From the human T2T-CHM13v2.0 reference genome, Homo sapiens: 64,000 nucleotides of DNA. Location of the stretch: assembly GCF_009914755.1 (NCBI RefSeq), contig NC_060947.1. One strand, written 5' to 3'. This document shows positions 35,121 to 48,099 of this stretch, one piece after another. The notes under the pieces are model-generated. The model ran no database searches. It was not told the origin of the DNA and was given only the letters and a program-made list of their open reading frames with translations. Numbering within the stretch: position 1 is the first letter of the stretch; the number at the start of each line of letters is the position of its first letter. The translations under genes and the position numbers were made by a program.

Positions 35121-38100
35121 GGATCCCACAGAAAGAGTGTTTCGAAACTGCTGTTTCAAAAGGAATCTTCAACTCTGTGAGTTGAATGCAATCATCACAA
35201 AGAAGTTTCTGACAATGCTTCTCTCTCGTCTTCCTGTGAAGATAAAGGAAAAGGCTTTCAGGCCTTTTCCACCACAGGCCTGAAAGCGCTCCAAATGTCC
35301 ACTTGCAGATTCTGCCAAAAGAATATTTCAAAACTGCTCTATGAAAAGCAATGTTAAACTCTGTGGCTCGAACACAAACATCACAAAGCAGTTTCTGAGA
35401 ATGCTTCAGTTTAGTTTTTCTGTGGAAATATTCCCGTTTCCAAAGAAATCTTCAAAGAGGTCCACGTATCCACTTACAGATTCTACAAAAAGACAGTTTC
35501 AAAACTGCTCCATCAAAAGGAGGGTTCAACTGTGTGACTTGAATGCAATCATCACTCAGAAGTTTCTGAGAATGCTTCTCTTTAGTTTTTACGTGAACAT
35601 ATACGCGTTTCGAACGAAGGCCACCCAGTGGTCCAAATATCCACTTGCAGATTCTACAGAAAGAGTGTTTCGAACCTGAACTCTCAAAGGCAGGTTCATC
35701 TCTGCGAGTTAAATGCATTCATCATGAAGAACTTTCTCAGAGTGTTTGTGTTTAGTTATGGGAAATTATTCCCGTTTCCAACGAAATCCTCAGGGAGCTC
35801 CAAATATCCACCTGCAGATTCTACCAAAAGTGTATTTGGAAACTGCTCCATCAAAAGGCATGTTCAGCTCTGTGAGTGAAACTCCATCATCACAAAGAAT
35901 ATTCTGAGAATGCTTCCGTTTGCCTTTTATATGAACTTCCTTCCTGTACTACCGTAGGCCTCAAAGCAGTCCAAATCTCCATTTGCAGATTCTACAAAAA
36001 GAGTGATTCCAATCTGCTCTATCAATAGGATTGTTCAACTCCATGAGTTGAATGCCATCCTCACAAAGTAGTTTCTGAGAATGCTTCTATCTGGTTTTTG
36101 TGTGAAGATATTTCCTTTTCCACCACAGGCCTCAAAGCCCTCGAAACGTCCACTTGCAGATTCTCGAAAAAGAGTGTTTCATAGCTGCTCTTTCAAAAGG
36201 AAAGTTCAACTCTGGGAGTTGAATACAAACATCACAAAGTAGTTTCCGAGAATGCTTCTGTTTAGTTTTTATTTGAAGATGATCCCGTTTCCAGTGAAAT
36301 CTTCAAAGAGGTCCACATATCCCCTTGCAGATTCCAAAGAAAGAGGGTTTCAAAACTGCTCCATCAGAAGGATTGTTCAACTCTGTGAGTTGAATGCAGT
36401 CATCGCAGAAAACTTTCTGAGAATGCTTCTGTCTAGGTTTGATGTGAAGGTATAGACGTTTCAAATGAAGGCTACAAAGTGGTCAAAATATACACTTGCA
36501 GATTCTACTACAAGGGTGTTGCAAACCTGAACTATCAAAGGAAGGTTCAACTCTGTGAGTTGAATACAAACATCACAAAGAATGTTCTGAGTTTGCTTCC
36601 GTTCAGTTATGGGAAGTTGATCCCGTTTCCAACGAAATCCTCAGAGAGGTCCAAATATCCCCTTGCAGATTCTACAAAACGTGTGTTTGGAAACTGCTCC
36701 ATCATAACGAATGTTCAGCTCCCTGAGTTAAACTCCATCGTCACAAAGAATTTTCTGAGAGTGCTACCGTCTGGTTTTTATATGAAGTTCTTTCCTTCAC
36801 TACCACAGGCCTCAAAGCGGTCCAAATCTCCACTTGCAGATTCTACAAAAAGAGTGTTTGCAAACTGCTCTATCAAAAGGAATGTTCAACTCTGGGAGTT
36901 GAATGCAATCATCACAGAGCAGTTTCTGAGAATGCTTCTATGTCGTTTTTAGGAGAAGATATTTCCTTTTCCAACACAGTCCTCCAAGCCCGCTAAATAG
37001 CCACTTGCACATTGTAGAAAAAGTGTGTCAAAGCTGCGCTATCAAAGGGAAAGTTCAACTCTGTGAGGTGAATGCAAACATCCCAAAGAAGTTTCTGAGA
37101 ATGCTTCCGTTTAGCTTTTAGGTGAAGATTATCCCGTTTCCAACGAAACCTTCAAAGAGGTCCAAATATCCCCTTGTGGATCCCACAGAAAGAGTGTTTC
37201 GAAACTGCTGTTTCAAAAGGAATCTTCAACTCTGTGAGTTGAATGCAATCATCACAAAGAAGTTTCTGACAATGCTTCTCTCTCGTCTTTCTGTGAAGAT
37301 AAAGGAAAAGGCTTTCAGGCCTTTTCCACCACAGGCCTGAAAGCGCTCCAAATGTCCACTTGCAGATTCTGCCAAAAGAATATTTCAAAACTGCTCTATG
37401 AAAAGCAATGTTAAACTCTGTGGCTCGAACACAAACATCACAAAGCAGTTTCTGAGAATGCTTCAGTTTAGATTTTCTGTGGAAATACTCCCGTTTCGAA
37501 AGAAATCTTCAAAGAGGTCCACGTATCCACTTACAGATTCTACAAAAAGACAGTTTCAAAACTGCTCCATCAAAAGGAGGGTTCAACTGTGTGACTTGAA
37601 TGCAATCATCACTCAGAAGTTTCTGAGAATGCTTCTCTTTAGTTTTTACGTGAACATATACCCGTTTCGAACGAAGGCCACCCAGTGGTCCAAATATCCA
37701 CTTGCAGATTCTACAGAAAGAGTGTTTCGAACCTGAACTCTCAAAGGCAGGTTCATCTCTGCGAGTTAAATGCATTCATCATGAAGAACTTTCTCAGAGT
37801 GTTTGTGTTTAGTTATGGGAAATTATTCCCGTTTCCAACGAAATCCTCAGAGAGCTCCAAATATCCACCTGCAGATTCTACCAAAAGTGTATTTGGAAAC
37901 TGCTCCATCAAAAGGCATGTTCAGCTCTGTGAGTGAAACTCCATCATCACAAAGAATATTCTGAGAATGCTTCCGTTTGCCTTTTATATGAAGTTCCTTC
38001 CTATACGACCGTAGGCCTCAAAGCAGTCCAAATCTCCATTTGCAGATTCTACAAAAGAGTGATTCCAATCTGCTCTATCAATAGGATTGTTCAACTCCAT

Positions 38101-41100
38101 GAGTTGAATGCCATCCTCACAAAGTAGTTTCTGAGAATGCTTCTATCTGGTTTTTGTGTGAAGATATTTCCTTTTCCACCACAGGCCTCAAAGCCCTCCA
38201 AACGTCCACTTGCAGATTCTCGAAAAAGAGTGTTTCATAGCTGCTCTTTCAAAAGGAAAGTTCAACTCTGGGAGTTGAATACAAACATCACAAAATAGTT
38301 TCCGAGATTGCTTCTGTTTAGTTTTTATGTGAAGATGATCCCGTTTCCAGTGAAATCTTCAAAGAGGTCCACATATCCCCTTGCAGATTCCAAAGAAAGA
38401 GGGTTTCAAAACTGCTCCATCAAAAGGATTGTTCAACTCTGTGAGTTGAATGCAGTCATCGCAGAAAACTTTCTGAGAATGCTTCTGTCTAGGTTTGATG
38501 TGAAGATATAGACGTTTCAAACGAAGGCTACAAAGTGGTCAAAATATACACTTGCAGATTCTACTACAAGGGTGTTGCAAACCTGAACTATCAAAGGAAG
38601 GTTCAACTCTGTGAGTTGAATACAAACATCACAAAGAATGTTCTGAGTTTGCTTCCGTTCAGTTATGGGAAGTTGATCCCGTTTCCAACGAAATCCTCAG
38701 AGAGGTCCAAATATCCCCTCGCAGATTCTACAAAACGTGTGTTTGGAAACTGCTCCATCATAAGGAATGTTCAGCTCCCTGAGTTAAACTCCATCGTCAC
38801 AAAGAATTTTCTGAGAGTGCTACCGTCTGGTTTTTATATGAAGTTCTTTCCTTCCCTACCACAGGCCTCAAAGCGGTCCAAATCTCCACTTGCAGATTCT
38901 ACAAAAAGAGTGTTTGCAAACTGCTCTATCAAAAGGAATGTTCAACTCTGGGAGTTGAATGCAATCATCACAGAGCAGTTTCTGAGAATGCTTCTATGTC
39001 GTTTTTAGGAGAAGATATTTCGTTTTCCAACACAGTCCTCCAAGCCCGCTAAATAGCCACTTGCACATTGTAGAAAAAGTGTGTCAAAGCTGCGCTATCA
39101 AAGGGAAAGTTCAACTCTGTGAGGTGAATGCAAACATCCCAAAGAAGTTTCTGAGAATGCTTCCGTTTAGCTTTTAGGTGAAGATTATCCCGTTTCCAAC
39201 GAAACCTTCAAAGAGGTCCAAATATCCCCTTGCGGATCCCACAGAAAGAGTGTTTCGAAACTGCTGTTTCAAAAGGAATCTTCAACTCTGTGAGTTGAAT
39301 GCAATCATCACAAAGAAGTTTCTGGCAATGCTTCTCTCTCGTCTTTCTGTGAAGATAAAGGAAAAGGCTTTCAGGCCTTTTCCACCACAGGCCTGAAAGC
39401 GCTCCAAATGTCCACTTGCAGATTCTGCTAAAAGAATATTTCAAAACTGCTCTATGAAAAGCAATGTTAAACTCTGTGGCTCGAACACAAACATCACAAA
39501 GCAGTTTCTGAGAATGCTTCAGTTTAGTTTTTCTGTGGAAATATTCCCGTTTCCAAAGAAATCTTCAAAGAGGTCCACGTATCCACTTACAGATTCTACA
39601 AAAAGACAGTTTCAAAACTGCTCCATCAAAAGGAGGGTTCAACTGTGTGACTTGAATGCAATCATCACTCAGAAGTTTCTGAGAATGCTTCTCTTTAGTT
39701 TTTACGTGAACATATACCCGTTTCGAACGAAGGCCACCCAGTGGTCCAAATATCCACTTGCAGATTCTACAGAAAGAGTGTTTCGAACCTGAACTCTCAA
39801 AGGCAGGTTCATCTCTGCGAGTTAAATGCATTCATCATGAAGAACTTTCTCAGAGTGTTTGTGTTTAGTTATGGGAAATTATTCCCGTTTCCAACGAAAT
39901 CCTCAGAGAGCTCCAAATATCCACCTGCAGATTCTACCAAAAGTGTATTTGGAAACTGCTCCATCAAAAGGCATGTTCAGCTCTGTGAGTGAAACTCCAT
40001 CATCACAAAGAATATTCTGAGAATGCTTCCGTTTGCCTTTTATATGAAGTTCCTTCCTATACTACCGTAGGCCTCAAAGCAGTCCAAATCTCCATTTGCA
40101 GATTCTACAAAAAGAGTGATTCCAATCTGCTCTATCAATAGGATTGTTCAACTCCATGAGTTGAATGCCATCCTCACAAAGTAGTTTCTGAGAATGCTTC
40201 TATCTAGTTTTTATGTGAAGATATTTCCTTTTCCACCACAGGCCTCAAAGCCCTCCAAACGTCCACTTGCAGATTTTCGAAAAAGAGTGTTTCATAGCTG
40301 CTCTTTCAAAAGGAAAGTTCAACTCTGGGAGTTGAATACAAACATCACAAAGTAGTTTCCGAGAATGCTTCTGTTTAGTTTTTATGTGAAGATGATCCCG
40401 TTTCCAGTGAAATCTTCAAAGAGGTCCACATATCCCCTTGCAGATTCCAAAGAAAGAGGGTTTCAAAACTGCTCCATCAGAAGGATTGTTCAACTCTGTG
40501 AGTTGAATGCAGTCATCGCAGAAAACTTTCTGAGAATGCTTCTGTCTAGGTTTGATGTGAAGGTATAGACATTTCAAATGAAGGCTACAAAGTGGTCAAA
40601 ATATACACTTGCAGATTCTACTACAAGGGTGTTGCAAACCTGAACTATCAAAGGAAGGTTCAACTCTGTGAGTTGAATACAAACATCACAAAGAATGTTC
40701 TGAGTTTGCTTCCGTTCAGTTATGGGAAGTTGATCCCGTTTCCAACGAAATCCTCAGAGAGGTCAAAATATCCCCTTGCAGATTCTACAAAACGTGTGTT
40801 TGGAAACTGCTCCATCATAACGAATGTTCAGCTCCCTGAGTTAAACTCCATCGTCACAAAGAATTTTCTGAGAGTGCTACCGTCTGGTTTTTATATGAAG
40901 TTCTTTCCTTCACTACCACAGGCCTCAAAGCGGTCCAAATCTCCACTTGCAGATTCTACAAAAAGAGTGTTTGCAAACTGCTCTATCAAAAGGAATGTTC
41001 AACTCTGGGAGTTGAATGCAATCATCACAGAGCAGTTTCTGAGAATGCTTCTATGTCGTTTTTAGGAGAAGATATTTCCTTTTCCAACACAGTCCTCCAA

Positions 41101-44100
41101 GCCCGCTAAATAGCCACTTGCACATTGTAGAAAAAGTGTGTCAAAGCTGCGCTATCAAAGGGAAAGTTCAACTCTGTGAGGTGAATGCAAACATCCCAAA
41201 GAAGTTTCTGAGAATGCTTCCGTTTAGCTTTTAGGTGAAGATTATCCCGTTTCCAACGAAACCTTCAAAGAGGTCCAAATATCCCCTTGCGGATCCCACA
41301 GAAAGAGTGTTTCGAAACTGCTGTTTCAAAAGGAATCTTCAACTCTGTGAGTTGAATGCAATCATCACAAAGAAGTTTCTGACAATGCTTCTCTCTCGTC
41401 TTTCTGTGAAGATAAAGGAAAAGGCTTTCAGGCCTTTTCCACCACAGGCCTGAAAGCGCTCCAAATGTCCACTTGCAGATTCTGCCAAAAGAATATTTCA
41501 AAACTGCTCTATGAAAAGCAATGTTAAACTCTGTGGCTCGAACACAAACATCACAAAGCAGTTTCTGAGAATGCTTCAGTTTAGTTTTTCTGTGGAAATA
41601 TTCCCGTTTCCAAAGAAATCTTCAAAGAGGTCCACGTATCCACTTACAGATTCTACAAAAAGACAGTTTCAAAACTGCTCCATCAAAAGGAGGGTTCAAC
41701 TGTGTGACTTGAATGCAATCATCACTCAGAAGTTTCTGAGAATGCTTCTCTTTAGTTTTTACGTGAACATATACCCGTTTCGAACGAAGGCCACCCAGTG
41801 GTCCAAATATCCACTTGCAGATTCTACAGAAAGAGTGTTTCGAACCTGAACTCTCAAAGGCAGGTTCATCTCTGCGAGTTAAATGCATTCATCATGAAGA
41901 ACTTTCTCAGAGTGTTTGTGTTTAGTTATGGGAAATTATTCCCGTTTCCAACGAAATCCTCAGAGAGCTCCAAATATCCACCTGCAGATTCTACCAAAAG
42001 TGTATTTGGAAACTGCTCCATCAAAAGGCATGTTCAGCTCTGTGAGTGAAACTCCATCATCACAAAGAATATTCTGAGAATGCTTCCGTTTGCTTTTTAT
42101 ATGAAGTTCCTTCCTATACTACCGTAGGCCTCAAAGCAGTCCAAATCTCCATTTGCAGATTCTACAAAAAGAGTGATTCCAATCTGCTCTATCAATAGGA
42201 TTGTTCAACTCCATGAGTTGAATGCCATCCTCACAAAGTAGTTTCTGAGAATGCTTCTATCTAGTTTTTATGTGAAGATATTTCCTTTTCCACCACAGGC
42301 CTCAAAGCCCTCCAAACGTCCACTTGCAGATTCTCGAAAAAGAGTGTTTCATAGCTGCTCTTTCAAAAGGAAAGTTCAACTCTGGGAGTTGAATACAAAC
42401 ATCACAAAGTAGTTTCCGAGAATGCTTCTGTTTAGTTTTTATGTGAAGATGATCCCGTTTCCAGTGCAATCTTCAAAGAGGTCCACATATCCCCTTGCAG
42501 ATTCCAAAGAAAGAGGGTTTCAAAACTGCTCCATCAGAAGGATTGTTCAACTCTGTGAGTTGAATGCAGTCATCGCAGAAAACTTTCTGAGAATGCTTCT
42601 GTCTAGGTTTGATGTGAAGATATAGACGTTTCAAACGAAGGCTACAAAGTGGTCAAAATATACACTTGCAGATTCTACTACAAGGGTGTTGCAAACCTGA
42701 ACTATCAAAGGAAGGTTCAACTCTGTGAGTTGAATACAAACATCACAAAGAATGTTCTGAGTTTGCTTCCGTTCAGTTATGGGAAGTTGATCCCGTTTCC
42801 AACGAAATCCTCAGAGAGGTCCAAATATCCCCTTGCAGATTCTACAAAACGTGTGTTTGGAAACTGCTCCATCATAACGAATGTTCAGCTCCCTGAGTTA
42901 AACTCCATCGTCACAAAGAATTTTCTGAGAGTGCTACCGTCTGGTTTTTATATGAAGTTCTTTCCTTCACTACCACAGGCCTCAAAGCGGTCCAAATCTC
43001 CACTTGCAGATTCTACAAAAAGAGTGTTTGCAAACTGCTCTATCAAAAGGAATGTTCAACTCTGGGAGTTGAATGCAATCATCACAGAGCAGTTTCTGAG
43101 AATGCTTCTATGTCGTTTTTAGGAGAAGATATTTCCTTTTCCAACACAGTCCTCCAAGCCCGCTAAATAGCCACTTGCACATTGTAGAAAAAGTGTGTCA
43201 AAGCTGCGCTATCAAAGGGAAAGTTCAACTCTGTGAGGTGAATGCAAACATCCCAAAGAAGTTTCTGAGAATGCTTCCGTTTAGCTTTTAGGTGAAGATT
43301 ATCCCGTTTCCAACGAAACCTTCAAAGAGGTCCAAATATCCCCTTGCGGATCCCACAGAAAGAGTGTTTCGAAACTGCTGTTTCAAAAGGAATCTTCAAC
43401 TCTGTGAGTTGAATGCAATCATCACAAAGAAGTTTCTGACAATGCTTCTCTCTCGTCTTTCTGTGAAGATAAAGGAAAAGGCTTTCAGGCCTTTTCCACC
43501 ACAGGCCTGAAAGCGCTCCAAATGTCCACTTGCAGATTCTGCCAAAAGAATATTTCAAAACTGCTCTATGAAAAGCAATGTTAAACTCTGTGGCTCGAAC
43601 ACAAACATCACAAAGCAGTTTCTGAGAATGCTTCAGTTTAGTTTTTCTGTGGAAATATTCCCGTTTCCAAAGAAATCTTCAAAGAGGTCCACGTATCCAC
43701 TTACAGATTCTACAAAAAGACAGTTTCAAAACTGCTCCATCAAAAGGAGGGTTCAACTGTGTGACTTGAATGCAATCATCACTCAGAAGTTTCTGAGAAT
43801 GCTTCTCTTTAGTTTTTACGTGAACATATACCCGTTTCGAACGAAGGCCACCCAGTGGTCCAAATATCCACTTGCAGATTCTACAGAAAGAGTGTTTCGA
43901 ACCTGAACTCTCAAAGGCAGGTTCATCTCTGCGAGTTAAATGCATTCATCATGAAGAACTTTCTCAGAGTGTTTGTGTTTAGTTATGGGAAATTATTCCC
44001 GTTTCCAACGAAATCCTCAGAGAGCTCCAAATATCCACCTGCAGATTCTACCAAAAGTGTATTTGGAAACTGCTCCATCAAAAGGCATGTTCAGCTCTGT

Positions 44101-47100
44101 GAGTGAAACTCCATCATCACAAAGAATATTCTGAGAATGCTTCCGTTTGCTTTTTATATGAAGTTCCTTCCTATACTACCGTAGGCCTCAAAGCAGTCCA
44201 AATCTCCATTTGCAGATTCTACAAAAAGAGTGATTCCAATCTGCTCTATCAATAGGATTGTTCAACTCCATGAGTTGAATGCCATCCTCACAAAGTAGTT
44301 TCTGAGAATGCTTCTATCTAGTTTTTATGTGAAGATATTTCCTTTTCCACCACAGGCCTCAAAGCCCTCCAAACGTCCACTTGCAGATTCTCGAAAAAGA
44401 GTGTTTCATAGCTGCTCTTTCAAAAGGAAAGTTCAACTCTGGGAGTTGAATACAAACATCACAAAGTAGTTTCCGAGAATGCTTCTGTTTAGTTTTTATG
44501 TGAAGATGATCCCGTTTCCAGTGAAATCTTCAAAGAGGTCCACATATCCCCTTGCAGATTCCAAAGAAAGAGGGTTTCAAAACTGCTCCATCAGAAGGAT
44601 TGTTCAACTCTGTGAGTTGAATGCAGTCATCGCAGAAAACTTTCTGAGAATGCTTCTGTCTAGGTTTGATGTGAAGATATAGACGTTTCAAACGAAGGCT
44701 ACAAAGTGGTCAAAATATACACTTGCAGATTCTACTACAAGGGTGTTGCAAACCTGAACTATCAAAGGAAGGTTCAACTCTGTGAGTTGAATACAAACAT
44801 CACAAAGAATGTTCTGAGTTTGCTTCCGTTCAGTTATGGGAAGTTGATCCCGTTTCCAACGAAATCCTCAGAGAGGTCCAAATATCCCCTTGCAGATTCT
44901 ACAAAACGTGTGTTTGGAAACTGCTCCATCATAACGAATGTTCAGCTCCCTGAGTTAAACTCCATCGTCACAAAGAATTTTCTGAGAGTGCTACCGTCTG
45001 GTTTTTATATGAAGTTCTTTCCTTCACTACCACAGGCCTCAAAGCGGTCCAAATCTCCACTTGCAGATTCTACAAAAAGAGTGTTTGCAAACTGCTCTAT
45101 CAAAAGGAATGTTCAACTCTGGGAGTTGAATGCAATCATCACAGAGCAGTTTCTGAGAATGCTTCTATGTCGTTTTTAGGAGAAGATATTTCCTTTTCCA
45201 ACACAGTCCTCCAAGCCCGCTAAATAGCCACTTGCACATTGTAGAAAAAGTGTGTCAAAGCTGCGCTATCAAAGGGAAAGTTCAACTCTGTGAGGTGAAT
45301 GCAAACATCCCAAAGAAGTTTCTGAGAATGCTTCCGTTTAGCTTTTAGGTGAAGATTATCCCGTTTCCAACGAAACCTTCAAAGAGGTCCAAATATCCCC
45401 TTGCGGATCCCACAGAAAGAGTGTTTCGAAACTGCTGTTTCAAAAGGAATCTTCAACTCTGTGAGTTGAATGCAATCATCACAAAGAAGTTTCTGACAAT
45501 GCTTCTCTCTCGTCTTTCTGTGAAGATAAAGGAAAAGGCTTTCAGGCCTTTTCCACCACAGGCCTGAAAGCGCTCCAAATGTCCACTTGCAGATTCTGCT
45601 AAAAGAATATTTCAAAACTGCTCTATGAAAAGCAATGTTAAACTCTGTGGCTCGAACACAAACATCACAAAGCAGTTTCTGAGAATGCTTCAGTTTAGTT
45701 TTTCTGTGGAAATATTCCCGTTTCCAAAGAAATCTTCAAAGAGGTCCACGTATCCACTTACAGATTCTACAAAAAGACAGTTTCAAAACTGCTCCATCAA
45801 AAGGAGGGTTCAACTGTGTGACTTGAATGCAATCATCACTCAGAAGTTTCTGAGAATGCTTCTCTTTAGTTTTTACGTGAACATATACCCGTTTCGAACG
45901 AAGGCCACCCAGTGGTCCAAATATCCACTTGCAGATTCTACAGAAAGAGTGTTTCGAACCTGAACTCTCAAAGGCAGGTTCATCTCTGCGAGTTAAATGC
46001 ATTCATCATGAAGAACTTTCTCAGAGTGTTTGTGTTTAGTTATGGGAAATTATTCCCGTTTCCAACGAAATCCTCAGAGAGCTCCAAATATCCACCTGCA
46101 GATTCTACCAAAAGTGTATTTGGAAACTGCTCCAACAAAAGGCATGTTAAGCTCTGTGAGTGAAACTCCATCATCACAAAGAATATTCTGAGAATGCTTC
46201 CGTTTGCCTTTTATATGAAGTTCCTTCCTATACTACCGTAGGCCTCAAAGCAGTCCAAATCTCCATTTGCAGATTCTACAAAAAGAGTGATTCCAATCTG
46301 CTCTATCAATAGGATTGTTCAACTCCATGAGTTGAATGCCATCCTCACAAAGTAGTTTCTGAGAATGCTTCTATCTAGTTTTTATGTGAAGATATTTCCT
46401 TTTCCACCACAGGCCTCAAAGCCCTCCAAACGTCCACTTGCAGATTTTCGAAAAAGAGTGTTTCATAGCTGCTCTTTCAAAAGGAAAGTTCAACTCTGGG
46501 AGTTGAATACAAACATCACAAAGTAGTTTCCGAGAATGCTTCTGTTTAGTTTTTATGTGAAGATGATCCCGTTTCCAGTGAAATCTTCAAAGAGGTCCAC
46601 ATATCCCCTTGCAGATTCCAAAGAAAGAGGGTTTCAAAACTGCTCCATCAGAAGGATTGTTCAACTCTGTGAGTTGAATGCAGTCATCGCAGAAAACTTT
46701 CTGAGAATGCTTCTGTCTAGGTTTGATGTGAAGGTATAGACGTTTCAAATGAAGGCTACAAAGTGGTCAAAATATACACTTGCAGATTCTACTACAAGGG
46801 TGTTGCAAACCTGAACTATCAAAGGAAGGTTCAACTCTGTGAGTTGAATACAAACATCACAAAGAATGTTCTGAGTTTGCTTCCGTTCAGTTATGGGAAG
46901 TTGATCCCGTTTCCAACGAAATCCTCAGAGAGGTCAAAATATCCCCTTGCAGATTCTACAAAACGTGTGTTTGGAAACTGCTCCATCATAACGAATGTTC
47001 AGCTCCCTGAGTTAAACTCCATCGTCACAAAGAATTTTCTGAGAGTGCTACCGTCTGGTTTTTATATGAAGTTCTTTCCTTCACTACCACAGGCCTCAAA

Positions 47101-48099
47101 GCGGTCCAAATCTCCACTTGCAGATTCTACAAAAAGAGTGTTTGCAAACTGCTCTATCAAAAGGAATGTTCAACTCTGGGAGTTGAATGCAATCATCACA
47201 GAGCAGTTTCTGAGAATGCTTCTATGTCGTTTTTAGGAGAAGATATTTCCTTTTCCAACACAGTCCTCCAAGCCCGCTAAATAGCCACTTGCACATTGTA
47301 GAAAAAGTGTGTCAAAGCTGCGCTATCAAAGGGAAAGTTCAACTCTGTGAGGTGAATGCAAACATCCCAAAGAAGTTTCTGAGAATGCTTCCGTTTAGCT
47401 TTTAGGTGAAGATTATCCCGTTTCCAACGAAACCTTCAAAGAGGTCCAAATATCCCCTTGCGGATCCCACAGAAAGAGTGTTTCGAAACTGCTGTTTCAA
47501 AAGGAATCTTCAACTCTGTGAGTTGAATGCAATCATCACAAAGAAGTTTCTGACAATGCTTCTCTCGTCTTTCTGTGAAGATAAAGGAAAAGGCTTTCAG
47601 GCCTTTTCCACCACAGGCCTGAAAGTGCTCCAAATGTCCACTTGCAGATTCTGCCAAAAGAATATTTCAAAACTGCTCTATGAAAAGCAATGTTAAACTC
47701 TGTCGCTCGAACACAAACATCACAAAGCAGTTTCTGAGAATGCTTCAGTTTAGTTTTTCTGTGGAAATATTCCCGTTTCCAAAGAAATCTTCAAAGAGGT
47801 CCACGTATCCACTTACAGATTCTACAAAAAGACAGTTTCAAAACTGCTCCATCAAAAGGAGGGTTCAACTGTGTGACTTGAATGCAATCATCACTCAGAA
47901 GTTTCTGAGAATGCTTCTCTTTAGTTTTTACGTGAACATATACCCGTTTCGAACGAAGGCCACCCAGTGGTCCAAATATCCACTTGCAGATTCTACAGAA
48001 AGAGTGTTTCGAACCTGAACTCTCAAAGGCAGGTTCATCTCTGCGAGTTAAATGCATTCATCATGAAGAACTTTCTCAGAGTGTTTGTGTTTAGTTATG

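Larger units (their letters stand above)
22086..37177 (-). repeat. Super-HOR: four tandem 3773-bp units, each a 10-mer plus a 12-mer (22 monomers)
   Basis: Deletion junctions at 23181, 26954, 30727, 34500 are exactly 3773 apart (1716+2057), with co-recurring private SNPs. Confidence 0.92.
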
